A stretch of DNA of 64,000 nucleotides from the human T2T-CHM13v2.0 reference genome, Homo sapiens. The notes under the pieces are model-generated. The model was not told where the DNA came from, made no database searches, and saw only the letters and a list, made by a program, of their open reading frames with translations. The translations under genes were made by a program, and so were the position numbers. Location of the stretch: NCBI RefSeq assembly GCF_009914755.1, contig NC_060947.1; one strand, given 5' to 3'. Positions 27,306-43,055 of this stretch are shown here, piece by piece. The first letter of the stretch is position 1; each line of letters starts with the position of its first letter.

Positions 27306-28474
27306 CTGGAGAAAAAGATAAAAACAATGAACAACAGAGTCTTCTTTCTTTTCCTCCCGACTGTGGGATGAAATGAGAGATGATAAACAATAGTACAACA
27401 TTAACCAGCACCAGTGACTTTCTAAATAGAAGAAAATGGCCAGCTCTGTGTATATCTGCAACATTTGTGTGCTATATCTTAAACAAGTAGAGAAGCCCAT
27501 CTTTTCCTTTTGTAACTCACGAGCTTGGATATCAGGGTGCTTGTGGAACTGAAGGTTTCAGTCAAATGATCACACCAACCTTGTCTGCCTAGCACTAGAA
27601 AAGCTTGTTGCTTTTGTTTTTACATGAGGGGCCATTCTGGGATTTAAATAAATCTCTCAAGCTTCAACAGCCTGTGCTGGTTCCACAAATAATACTCCCT
27701 TACCCTCCCAGACCCTTGGTTTCCGTATCTACCATGTGGGAAAGAAGCCGTTACGAAATATACGGCTGTGAAAATGCAAAATAAATAAATAAATAAGAAA
27801 GAAAGAAAAATGTTAACCATTTAAATACACTCAAAGATGGATATACCTTAAGACTTCATTACCAATTCAGTGATAAACACACATTCTTTTCATCTGACTG
27901 TGACATAAAATACCAAAATATATAGCCAAATAAATATCTAGGTATTAATCATTCATTGTGGTCCTACTTGAAATTCTTAGCTTTTTGCTATTTTTAAGTA
28001 GTCACTTTGTAAAAGGCATTGAGTTGTCTCCTAGTTACTACGGGAGCCTGCATTTCTGTGGTCAAGTAACGAAGGCCCAACTAATGCGTGGCCCAGCCAA
28101 GTTAGCGGCTGTGTCTGGCAACTGTTTTCTACACAAATATTGGTCCTGGTAGTAGGTCTGATACATCTGCCACTTGTTAGTAGTCTTGCAGCTAGAGGAC
28201 AAAAGACCTCAACATGAACAAATGAGTAGCCAAGAAGTATATTTCAGAACACACTGCAGTTCATATTACTAGGTACATGAATATTCTCGTAACATTTTAA
28301 GTAAGTTAAATTGAATTTTTAAACTAATTTTAAACTTTTTCTTACTTAACTTACTGAGAATTTTTGTTGTTGTTCAATAAAACTGTCTGCAACAGGTAAA
28401 TGCCAGGAATAGTTGAGTGATTCTCAAAGCTATACACAGATACCTGGATTTTCTTGGCTTCACCTCTGCTGCGT

Positions 28475-30228
28475 CTAGGTCCCTTTGGAGTTCTTCACCT
28501 TGTTTTCCGCATCCTTCTCTTTTTCTTGTTCTTTCTCTTCCTCGCCTGCAGCATCTTGGGCCTCTTCATCCCACTTTTCGGGCTGAGATTTAGTGACTTC
28601 TTTAGGGAAGAATAATACACACATGGGGACCAGACATTCACAGAAAATATAGCCCAATTTATAACTAGCAGCGGCATTCAGCTACTCCACCCTCAGGAGA
28701 AGCAGGATAGAGTTAAGTAAGAAAGGAATAGCTGGGCACCTTCCTACTGGTTTTCACAACAGTTCCATGGCCCTCACGTTGCTGCTGCTTGATCATTTCC
28801 ACAGGGACACTGTATTTCCCTTTTTTCCAGTAAATCTCCCACCCAAAGCGGCTGATTATTTCTAGTTCTTTGGAGAAGAAGAGATCTGAATCATCGGGTC
28901 CGATCTCATTCTACGGTGTTTTGGTCAGAACTTTGTTGGGAAAATATTTGTTTACCTCAAAAGACAAATTCTATGGTGAAGCTCATTGGTTCCTCACCCC
29001 CCTGAATGCTTCATTTTTACCAAGTGCTCCTGCATCACTTCATCATTTGGGGGATCAACTTTCTACGAATCTTTACACTTTGAAAAGCCATGAACTAAAA
29101 GGGATGCCTGCCATTTGCCTGTTCTTTTCCTTGGCGCATCCCTTCTGTTTCCTGCGGAGCTCCCTCCTGAACCCCTATCTACCCGGCCATTCATCTGCGG
29201 GCTCACAAATGGCACCGATGATCTCAGATCTCCTATCAAATATAGGTTGGTAGAGGGCGACAAGTTTTCTCAAAACCACAGATGTCGTTAGAGAATTGGG
29301 CTTCGACTCATTGGGACACATTCTGCCTTAAGTTTCAGGAGGGCCCCGACTCCTGCTTCACCACCCGAGGCCCCGACCCCCCTTCACCACCCGCTTCACC
29401 AGCTATGCCCGCACCGCGGCCCTGCCTAGAACCCTGGGACACACGGGTCCCCGCCTCCCCGCTGCTGCCGCTAGCCCGTTCCTTACCCTCTGGGGCCGTG
29501 GCCTCCTGTGCGGTCGGTTCTTCTGTGGCTGGTTCCTCTGCGTCTGGTTCCTCTGTGGCCTCCTCTGAGAGCTTCTCCTCTGCGGCCTCCTCCGCGGGCT
29601 CCCTGGCCATCTCGGCCAGGTCAGCTGGCACTGCAGGCTCTGGGACCGATGCGGCCTCCTGGATCAGGCCCAGGCCCTCGCCCGCCCGGGCTGCGGCCCC
29701 TGCACCCAGCCTCTGGGGCAGCAGCAGCGGGGGGAGGTTGCCCCAGAGGTTGCGCGCAGCAGCGTGTGGCCCCACCATCAGGCGGCTGAGTTGACGGTTC
29801 TCTATGAGGATGTGGTCGTTGTGAGAGAGGCGGTGGAGAAGGGAGTGGACCATGTCCAGGAGCACGAAGTGAATGCCCGACGCCGGGTAGCGACGGGCGA
29901 CCACCGCCAAGTCGAAGTTGGCCGCCTCGTTCCCCTCTTCCTCCTCCTCTTCCTCCGTCGCGGGCCCGATATCTGAGTCCTCCTCGGCGCTCCCGCCCCG
30001 GGGGACTGCGGCCAGGCCTGCCGCCTGCTCACCCTCCTCCTCCCCGAGGCCTTCCACGGGCCCTGCGACTCCGACCACCTCGGCCGCAGGCACCACGTCG
30101 CTGCTGTCGGGGCCGGAGTCGCCGCCCTCCTGGTTACCAGCTCCGGCCGCCTCGGCCTGTGCTCCCTCCTGGCTTACCGGGGCCTCCTGGTCCCCTTGGG
30201 TCGGGTGTCGGTCCCCTGTGGCAGACAT
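28475..30228 (-). CDS. CT47A: Cancer/testis antigen 47A, copy 1, 288 aa; join(30228..29487, 28599..28475)
   Basis: Donor GAGG|gtaagg at 29487/29486; acceptor taaag|AAGTC at 28600/28599; 742+125=867 nt = 288 codons + stop. Confidence 0.93.
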
Positions 30229-30520
30229 GACACCAGCAGCGCCTCAACTGGGGTGGCGAGCGGGCTGAGGCGACCACGGTGAAGACGGTGACCACTGAGG
30301 TGGCTACGGCCGAGGGGAGGCGAGGAGCTGGCCGCTGAGGGAATAAGAGTCTCTCTCTTTATTGAGGGAATAAGAGTCTGTCTCAGACGACACCCTAAGA
30401 TGGGAAGGGCAGGGAGCGAATCCTAGAAACCTCCCACCAAGGCTGGCCTGAGAGGACTTAGACAAGTTGGGAAAGATTCTGGTTGGCAGGCGAAAGGGGG
30501 CGGGACCGGAAGGGTCAACG
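29340..30520. promoter_or_regulatory. CpG island/promoter of CT47A (repeated in every unit)
   Basis: GC/CpG-rich exon 1; GC box gggggcggg at ~30496-30504; TSS not determinable from sequence. Confidence 0.7.
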
Positions 30521-30618
30521 AGGGGCTCTCAGTGAGCCCTAAGCTCATTTGCTGAAAACTTCAGATTGACATGTTCTATGTCCAATGAATGATCAAGGCC
30601 CTTAAGCTCTAGAACTGA

Positions 30619-30753
<135 letters not shown>

Positions 30754-30867
30754 TGAGTAGCTGGGACTACAGGTACATGCCACCACGCCTGGCTAGGTTT
30801 TGTATTTTTAGTAGAGACAGGGTTTCACCATGTTGGCCAGGATGGTCTCGATCTCCTGACCTTGTGA

Positions 30868-31149
<282 letters not shown>

Positions 31150-31208
31150 TAGCTAAGCAGTAGTGAAAACCTCCCAAGAGACATAAGAATTTCACTGAGT
31201 TAACGTAG

Positions 31209-31364
<156 letters not shown>

Positions 31365-31492
31365 TAAAAGGACCAGGTCATCTCATAAGAGCTAAGCATC
31401 AAAAACACCAAAAGTGCCTGGGGGTGGTGGCTCACGCCTGTAATCCAGCACTTTGGGAGGCCGCACTTTGGGAGGCCGAGGCAGGCAGATCA

Positions 31493-31765
<273 letters not shown>

Positions 31766-33335
31766 TCACATATTAAATCAGACTAGCCGTATTACAAGTG
31801 CTCAGTAGTCACAACACACAGCTCTAAAGATGAGCCCCATCTCTCTCTTTTCAAAAATTGTTTTAAACTTGTCATTTTACTTGATTTTTGGCTGCAGTGA
31901 AAGAATTTCAAAGAGTCTTACCAAATGGCGGAAAGTAATATCTTTCAATGAAGGTATGGTGGGCCAAAACAAAGACGTAAAGGAGAGATTTGAGTTAAGA
32001 TTACTTATTGAAAAATCTTCCCACGTTTCAGTTTATTCATTTAAAACAAACTTTTATTTTTTAACTTGAACACTGTCACATACATCCATGAAAGTTAGAT
32101 GTCACTGGATATCACTTTTGATGTAACGAACTTTGGAATGATATGTGTTACAATTCCCACAGGCATCTGGAGAAAAAGATAAAAACAATGAACAACAGAG
32201 TCTTCTTTCTTTTCCTCCCGACTGTGGGATGAAATGAGAGATGATAAACAATAGTACAACATTAACCAGCACCAGTGACTTTCTAAATAGAAGAAAATGG
32301 CCAGCTCTGTGTATATCTGCAACATTTGTGTGCTATATCTTAAACAAGTAGAGAAGCCCATCTTTTCCTTTTGTAACTCACGAGCTTGGATATCAGGGTG
32401 CTTGTGGAACTGAAGGTTTCAGTCAAATGATCACACCAACCTTGTCTGCCTAGCACTAGAAAAGCTTGTTGCTTTTGTTTTTACATGAGGGGCCATTCTG
32501 GGATTTAAATAAATCTCTCAAGCTTCAACAGCCTGTGCTGGTTCCACAAATAATACTCCCTTACCCTCCCAGACCCTTGGTTTCCGTATCTACCATGTGG
32601 GAAAGAAGCCGTTACGAAATATACGGCTGTGAAAATGCAAAATAAATAAATAAATAAGAAAGAAAGAAAAATGTTAACCATTTAAATACACTCAAAGATG
32701 GATATACCTTAAGACTTCATTACCAATTCAGTGATAAACACACATTCTTTTCATCTGACTGTGACATAAAATACCAAAATATATAGCCAAATAAATATCT
32801 AGGTATTAATCATTCATTGTGGTCCTACTTGAAATTCTTAGCTTTTTGCTATTTTTAAGTAGTCACTTTGTAAAAGGCATTGAGTTGTCTCCTAGTTACT
32901 ACGGGAGCCTGCATTTCTGTGGTCAAGTAACGAAGGCCCAACTAATGCGTGGCCCAGCCAAGTTAGCGGCTGTGTCTGGCAACTGTTTTCTACACAAATA
33001 TTGGTCCTGGTAGTAGGTCTGATACATCTGCCACTTGTTAGTAGTCTTGCAGCTAGAGGACAAAAGACCTCAACATGAACAAATGAGTAGCCAAGAAGTA
33101 TATTTCAGAACACACTGCAGTTCATATTACTAGGTACATGAATATTCTCGTAACATTTTAAGTAAGTTAAATTGAATTTTTAAACTAATTTTAAACTTTT
33201 TCTTACTTAACTTACTGAGAATTTTTGTTGTTGTTCAATAAAACTGTCTGCAACAGGTAAATGCCAGGAATAGTTGAGTGATTCTCAAAGCTATACACAG
33301 ATACCTGGATTTTCTTGGCTTCACCTCTGCTGCGT

Positions 33336-35089
33336 CTAGGTCCCTTTGGAGTTCTTCACCTTGTTTTCCGCATCCTTCTCTTTTTCTTGTTCTTTCTCTT
33401 CCTCGCCTGCAGCATCTTGGGCCTCTTCATCCCACTTTTCGGGCTGAGATTTAGTGACTTCTTTAGGGAAGAATAATACACACATGGGGACCAGACATTC
33501 ACAGAAAATATAGCCCAATTTATAACTAGCAGCGGCATTCAGCTACTCCACCCTCAGGAGAAGCAGGATAGAGTTAAGTAAGAAAGGAATAGCTGGGCAC
33601 CTTCCTACTGGTTTTCACAACAGTTCCATGGCCCTCACGTTGCTGCTGCTTGATCATTTCCACAGGGACACTGTATTTCCCTTTTTTCCAGTAAATCTCC
33701 CACCCAAAGCGGCTGATTATTTCTAGTTCTTTGGAGAAGAAGAGATCTGAATCATCGGGTCCGATCTCATTCTACGGTGTTTTGGTCAGAACTTTGTTGG
33801 GAAAATATTTGTTTACCTCAAAAGACAAATTCTATGGTGAAGCTCATTGGTTCCTCACCCCCCTGAATGCTTCATTTTTACCAAGTGCTCCTGCATCACT
33901 TCATCATTTGGGGGATCAACTTTCTACGAATCTTTACACTTTGAAAAGCCATGAACTAAAAGGGATGCCTGCCATTTGCCTGTTCTTTTCCTTGGCGCAT
34001 CCCTTCTGTTTCCTGCGGAGCTCCCTCCTGAACCCCTATCTACCCGGCCATTCATCTGCGGGCTCACAAATGGCACCGATGATCTCAGATCTCCTATCAA
34101 ATATAGGTTGGTAGAGGGCGACAAGTTTTCTCAAAACCACAGATGTCGTTAGAGAATTGGGCTTCGACTCATTGGGACACATTCTGCCTTAAGTTTCAGG
34201 AGGGCCCCGACTCCTGCTTCACCACCCGAGGCCCCGACCCCCCTTCACCACCCGCTTCACCAGCTATGCCCGCACCGCGGCCCTGCCTAGAACCCTGGGA
34301 CACACGGGTCCCCGCCTCCCCGCTGCTGCCGCTAGCCCGTTCCTTACCCTCTGGGGCCGTGGCCTCCTGTGCGGTCGGTTCTTCTGTGGCCGGTTCCTCT
34401 GCGTCTGGTTCCTCTGTGGCCTCCTCTGAGAGCTTCTCCTCTGCGGCCTCCTCCGCGGGCTCCCTGGCCATCTCGGCCAGGTCAGCTGGCACTGCAGGCT
34501 CTGGGACCGATGCGGCCTCCTGGATCAGGCCCAGGCCCTCGCCCGCCCGGGCTGCGGCCCCTGCACCCAGCCTCTGGGGCAGCAGCAGCGGGGGGAGGTT
34601 GCCCCAGAGGTTGCGCGCAGCAGCGTGTGGCCCCACCATCAGGCGGCTGAGTTGACGGTTCTCTATGAGGATGTGGTCGTTGTGAGAGAGGCGGTGGAGA
34701 AGGGAGTGGACCATGTCCAGGAGCACGAAGTGAATGCCCGACGCCGGGTAGCGACGGGCGACCACCGCCAAGTCGAAGTTGGCCGCCTCGTTCCCCTCTT
34801 CCTCCTCCTCTTCCTCCGTCGCGGGCCCGATATCTGAGTCCTCCTCGGCGCTCCCGCCCCGGGGGACTGCGGCCAGGCCTGCCGCCTGCTCACCCTCCTC
34901 CTCCCCGAGGCCTTCCACGGGCCCTGCGACTCCGACCACCTCGGCCGCAGGCACCACGTCGCTGCTGTCGGGGCCGGAGTCGCCGCCCTCCTGGTTACCA
35001 GCTCCGGCCGCCTCGGCCTGTGCTCCCTCCTGGCTTACCGGGGCCTCCTGGTCCCCTTGGGTCGGGTGTCGGTCCCCTGTGGCAGACAT
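33336..35089 (-). CDS. CT47A: CT47A copy 2, 288 aa; join(35089..34348, 33460..33336)
   Basis: Same protein and splice sites as copy 1 (+4861). Confidence 0.93.
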
Positions 35090-35728
35090 GACACCAGCAG
35101 CGCCTCAACTGGGGTGGCGAGCGGGCTGAGGCGACCACGGTGAAGACGGTGACCACTGAGGTGGCTACGGCCGAGGGGAGGCGAGGAGCTGGCCGCTGAG
35201 GGAATAAGAGTCTCTCTCTTTATTGAGGGAATAAGAGTCTGTCTCAGACGACACCCTAAGATGGGAAGGGCAGGGAGCGAATCCTAGAAACCTCCCACCA
35301 AGGCTGGCCTGAGAGGACTTAGACAAGTTGGGAAAGATTCTGGTTGGCAGGCGAAAGGGGGCGGGACCGGAAGGGTCAACGAGGGGCTCTCAGTGAGCCC
35401 TAAGCTCATTTGCTGAAAACTTCAGATTGACATGTTCTATGTCCAATGAATGATCAAGGCCCTTAAGCTCTAGAACTGAGAATCCAGAATCCAGAGCTTT
35501 TTCTTTTCTTTTCATAGTGTTGCTCTGTTGCCCAGGCTGGAGTGCAGTGGCAAGATCTCGGCTCACTGCAATCCCCGCCTCCTGGGTTCCAGTGATTCTC
35601 CTGCCTCAGCCTCCTGAGTAGCTGGGACTACAGGTACATGCCACCACGCCTGGCTAGGTTTTGTATTTTTAGTAGAGACAGGGTTTCACCATGTTGGCCA
35701 GGATGGTCTCGATCTCCTGACCTTGTGA

Positions 35729-36010
<282 letters not shown>

Positions 36011-36069
36011 TAGCTAAGCAGTAGTGAAAACCTCCCAAGAGACATAAGAATTTCACTGAGTTAACGTAG

Positions 36070-36225
<156 letters not shown>

Positions 36226-36353
36226 TAAAAGGACCAGGTCATCTCATAAGAGCTAAGCATCAAAAACACCAAAAGTGCCTGGGGGTGGTGGCTCACGCCT
36301 GTAATCCAGCACTTTGGGAGGCCGCACTTTGGGAGGCCGAGGCAGGCAGATCA

Positions 36354-36642
<289 letters not shown>

Positions 36643-38195
36643 CTAGCCGTATTACAAGTGCTCAGTAGTCACAACACACAGCTCTAAAGATGAGCCCCAT
36701 CTCTCTCTTTTCAAAAATTGTTTTAAACTTGTCATTTTACTTGATTTTTGGCTGCAGTGAAAGAATTTCAAAGAGTCTTACCAAATGGCGGAAAGTAATA
36801 TCTTTCAATGAAGGTATGGTGGGCCAAAACAAAGACGTAAAGGAGAGATTTGAGTTAAGATTACTTATTGAAAAATCTTCCCACGTTTCAGTTTATTCAT
36901 TTAAAACAAACTTTTATTTTTTAACTTGAACACTGTCACATACATCCATGAAAGTTAGATGTCACTGGATATCACTTTTGATGTAACGAACTTTGGAATG
37001 ATATGTGTTACAATTCCCACAGGCATCTGGAGAAAAAGATAAAAACAATGAACAACAGAGTCTTCTTTCTTTTCCTCCCGACTGTGGGATGAAATGAGAG
37101 ATGATAAACAATAGTACAACATTAACCAGCACCAGTGACTTTCTAAATAGAAGAAAATGGCCAGCTCTGTGTATATCTGCAACATTTGTGTGCTATATCT
37201 TAAACAAGTAGAGAAGCCCATCTTTTCCTTTTGTAACTCACGAGCTTGGATATCAGGGTGCTTGTGGAACTGAAGGTTTCAGTCAAATGATCACACCAAC
37301 CTTGTCTGCCTAGCACTAGAAAAGCTTGTTGCTTTTGTTTTTACATGAGGGGCCATTCTGGGATTTAAATAAATCTCTCAAGCTTCAACAGCCTGTGCTG
37401 GTTCCACAAATAATACTCCCTTACCCTCCCAGACCCTTGGTTTCCGTATCTACCATGTGGGAAAGAAGCCGTTACGAAATATACGGCTGTGAAAATGCAA
37501 AATAAATAAATAAATAAGAAAGAAAGAAAAATGTTAACCATTTAAATACACTCAAAGATGGATATACCTTAAGACTTCATTACCAATTCAGTGATAAACA
37601 CACATTCTTTTCATCTGACTGTGACATAAAATACCAAAATATATAGCCAAATAAATATCTAGGTATTAATCATTCATTGTGGTCCTACTTGAAATTCTTA
37701 GCTTTTTGCTATTTTTAAGTAGTCACTTTGTAAAAGGCATTGAGTTGTCTCCTAGTTACTACGGGAGCCTGCATTTCTGTGGTCAAGTAACGAAGGCCCA
37801 ACTAATGCGTGGCCCAGCCAAGTTAGCGGCTGTGTCTGGCAACTGTTTTCTACACAAATATTGGTCCTGGTAGTAGGTCTGATACATCTGCCACTTGTTA
37901 GTAGTCTTGCAGCTAGAGGACAAAAGACCTCAACATGAACAAATGAGTAGCCAAGAAGTATATTTCAGAACACACTGCAGTTCATATTACTAGGTACATG
38001 AATATTCTCGTAACATTTTAAGTAAGTTAAATTGAATTTTTAAACTAATTTTAAACTTTTTCTTACTTAACTTACTGAGAATTTTTGTTGTTGTTCAATA
38101 AAACTGTCTGCAACAGGTAAATGCCAGGAATAGTTGAGTGATTCTCAAAGCTATACACAGATACCTGGATTTTCTTGGCTTCACCTCTGCTGCGT

Positions 38196-39949
38196 CTAGG
38201 TCCCTTTGGAGTTCTTCACCTTGTTTTCCGCATCCTTCTCTTTTTCTTGTTCTTTCTCTTCCTCGCCTGCAGCATCTTGGGCCTCTTCATCCCACTTTTC
38301 GGGCTGAGATTTAGTGACTTCTTTAGGGAAGAATAATACACACATGGGGACCAGACATTCACAGAAAATATAGCCCAATTTATAACTAGCAGCGGCATTC
38401 AGCTACTCCACCCTCAGGAGAAGCAGGATAGAGTTAAGTAAGAAAGGAATAGCTGGGCACCTTCCTACTGGTTTTCACAACAGTTCCATGGCCCTCACGT
38501 TGCTGCTGCTTGATCATTTCCACAGGGACACTGTATTTCCCTTTTTTCCAGTAAATCTCCCACCCAAAGCGGCTGATTATTTCTAGTTCTTTGGAGAAGA
38601 AGAGATCTGAATCATCGGGTCCGATCTCATTCTACGGTGTTTTGGTCAGAACTTTGTTGGGAAAATATTTGTTTACCTCAAAAGACAAATTCTATGGTGA
38701 AGCTCATTGGTTCCTCACCCCCCTGAATGCTTCATTTTTACCAAGTGCTCCTGCATCACTTCATCATTTGGGGGATCAACTTTCTACGAATCTTTACACT
38801 TTGAAAAGCCATGAACTAAAAGGGATGCCTGCCATTTGCCTGTTCTTTTCCTTGGCGCATCCCTTCTGTTTCCTGCGGAGCTCCCTCCTGAACCCCTATC
38901 TACCCGGCCATTCATCTGCGGGCTCACAAATGGCACCGATGATCTCAGATCTCCTATCAAATATAGGTTGGTAGAGGGCGACAAGTTTTCTCAAAACCAC
39001 AGATGTCGTTAGAGAATTGGGCTTCGACTCATTGGGACACATTCTGCCTTAAGTTTCAGGAGGGCCCCGACTCCTGCTTCACCACCCGAGGCCCCGACCC
39101 CCCTTCACCACCCGCTTCACCAGCTATGCCCGCACCGCGGCCCTGCCTAGAACCCTGGGACACACGGGTCCCCGCCTCCCCGCTGCTGCCGCTAGCCCGT
39201 TCCTTACCCTCTGGGGCCGTGGCCTCCTGTGCGGTCGGTTCTTCTGTGGCCGGTTCCTCTGCGTCTGGTTCCTCTGTGGCCTCCTCTGAGAGCTTCTCCT
39301 CTGCGGCCTCCTCCGCGGGCTCCCTGGCCATCTCGGCCAGGTCAGCTGGCACTGCAGGCTCTGGGACCGATGCGGCCTCCTGGATCAGGCCCAGGCCCTC
39401 GCCCGCCCGGGCTGCGGCCCCTGCACCCAGCCTCTGGGGCAGCAGCAGCGGGGGGAGGTTGCCCCAGAGGTTGCGCGCAGCAGCGTGTGGCCCCACCATC
39501 AGGCGGCTGAGTTGACGGTTCTCTATGAGGATGTGGTCGTTGTGAGAGAGGCGGTGGAGAAGGGAGTGGACCATGTCCAGGAGCACGAAGTGAATGCCCG
39601 ACGCCGGGTAGCGACGGGCGACCACCGCCAAGTCGAAGTTGGCCGCCTCGTTCCCCTCTTCCTCCTCCTCTTCCTCCGTCGCGGGCCCGATATCTGAGTC
39701 CTCCTCGGCGCTCCCGCCCCGGGGGACTGCGGCCAGGCCTGCCGCCTGCTCACCCTCCTCCTCCCCGAGGCCTTCCACGGGCCCTGCGACTCCGACCACC
39801 TCGGCCGCAGGCACCACGTCGCTGCTGTCGGGGCCGGAGTCGCCGCCCTCCTGGTTACCAGCTCCGGCCGCCTCGGCCTGTGCTCCCTCCTGGCTTACCG
39901 GGGCCTCCTGGTCCCCTTGGGTCGGGTGTCGGTCCCCTGTGGCAGACAT
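38196..39949 (-). CDS. CT47A: CT47A copy 3, 288 aa; join(39949..39208, 38320..38196)
   Basis: Same protein and splice sites (+4860). Confidence 0.93.
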
Positions 39950-40588
39950 GACACCAGCAGCGCCTCAACTGGGGTGGCGAGCGGGCTGAGGCGACCACGG
40001 TGAAGACGGTGACCACTGAGGTGGCTACGGCCGAGGGGAGGCGAGGAGCTGGCCGCTGAGGGAATAAGAGTCTCTCTCTTTATTGAGGGAATAAGAGTCT
40101 GTCTCAGACGACACCCTAAGATGGGAAGGGCAGGGAGCGAATCCTAGAAACCTCCCACCAAGGCTGGCCTGAGAGGACTTAGACAAGTTGGGAAAGATTC
40201 TGGTTGGCAGGCGAAAGGGGGCGGGACCGGAAGGGTCAACGAGGGGCTCTCAGTGAGCCCTAAGCTCATTTGCTGAAAACTTCAGATTGACATGTTCTAT
40301 GTCCAATGAATGATCAAGGCCCTTAAGCTCTAGAACTGAGAATCCAGAATCCAGAGCTTTTTCTTTTCTTTTCATAGTGTTGCTCTGTTGCCCAGGCTGG
40401 AGTGCAGTGGCAAGATCTCGGCTCACTGCAATCCCCGCCTCCTGGGTTCCAGTGATTCTCCTGCCTCAGCCTCCTGAGTAGCTGGGACTACAGGTACATG
40501 CCACCACGCCTGGCTAGGTTTTGTATTTTTAGTAGAGACAGGGTTTCACCATGTTGGCCAGGATGGTCTCGATCTCCTGACCTTGTGA

Positions 40589-40870
<282 letters not shown>

Positions 40871-40929
40871 TAGCTAAGCAGTAGTGAAAACCTCCCAAGA
40901 GACATAAGAATTTCACTGAGTTAACGTAG

Positions 40930-41085
<156 letters not shown>

Positions 41086-41213
41086 TAAAAGGACCAGGTC
41101 ATCTCATAAGAGCTAAGCATCAAAAACACCAAAAGTGCCTGGGGGTGGTGGCTCACGCCTGTAATCCAGCACTTTGGGAGGCCGCACTTTGGGAGGCCGA
41201 GGCAGGCAGATCA

Positions 41214-41502
<289 letters not shown>

Positions 41503-43055
41503 CTAGCCGTATTACAAGTGCTCAGTAGTCACAACACACAGCTCTAAAGATGAGCCCCATCTCTCTCTTTTCAAAAATTGTTTTAAACTTGTCATTTTAC
41601 TTGATTTTTGGCTGCAGTGAAAGAATTTCAAAGAGTCTTACCAAATGGCGGAAAGTAATATCTTTCAATGAAGGTATGGTGGGCCAAAACAAAGACGTAA
41701 AGGAGAGATTTGAGTTAAGATTACTTATTGAAAAATCTTCCCACGTTTCAGTTTATTCATTTAAAACAAACTTTTATTTTTTAACTTGAACACTGTCACA
41801 TACATCCATGAAAGTTAGATGTCACTGGATATCACTTTTGATGTAACGAACTTTGGAATGATATGTGTTACAATTCCCACAGGCATCTGGAGAAAAAGAT
41901 AAAAACAATGAACAACAGAGTCTTCTTTCTTTTCCTCCCGACTGTGGGATGAAATGAGAGATGATAAACAATAGTACAACATTAACCAGCACCAGTGACT
42001 TTCTAAATAGAAGAAAATGGCCAGCTCTGTGTATATCTGCAACATTTGTGTGCTATATCTTAAACAAGTAGAGAAGCCCATCTTTTCCTTTTGTAACTCA
42101 CGAGCTTGGATATCAGGGTGCTTGTGGAACTGAAGGTTTCAGTCAAATGATCACACCAACCTTGTCTGCCTAGCACTAGAAAAGCTTGTTGCTTTTGTTT
42201 TTACATGAGGGGCCATTCTGGGATTTAAATAAATCTCTCAAGCTTCAACAGCCTGTGCTGGTTCCACAAATAATACTCCCTTACCCTCCCAGACCCTTGG
42301 TTTCCGTATCTACCATGTGGGAAAGAAGCCGTTACGAAATATACGGCTGTGAAAATGCAAAATAAATAAATAAATAAGAAAGAAAGAAAAATGTTAACCA
42401 TTTAAATACACTCAAAGATGGATATACCTTAAGACTTCATTACCAATTCAGTGATAAACACACATTCTTTTCATCTGACTGTGACATAAAATACCAAAAT
42501 ATATAGCCAAATAAATATCTAGGTATTAATCATTCATTGTGGTCCTACTTGAAATTCTTAGCTTTTTGCTATTTTTAAGTAGTCACTTTGTAAAAGGCAT
42601 TGAGTTGTCTCCTAGTTACTACGGGAGCCTGCATTTCTGTGGTCAAGTAACGAAGGCCCAACTAATGCGTGGCCCAGCCAAGTTAGCGGCTGTGTCTGGC
42701 AACTGTTTTCTACACAAATATTGGTCCTGGTAGTAGGTCTGATACATCTGCCACTTGTTAGTAGTCTTGCAGCTAGAGGACAAAAGACCTCAACATGAAC
42801 AAATGAGTAGCCAAGAAGTATATTTCAGAACACACTGCAGTTCATATTACTAGGTACATGAATATTCTCGTAACATTTTAAGTAAGTTAAATTGAATTTT
42901 TAAACTAATTTTAAACTTTTTCTTACTTAACTTACTGAGAATTTTTGTTGTTGTTCAATAAAACTGTCTGCAACAGGTAAATGCCAGGAATAGTTGAGTG
43001 ATTCTCAAAGCTATACACAGATACCTGGATTTTCTTGGCTTCACCTCTGCTGCGT

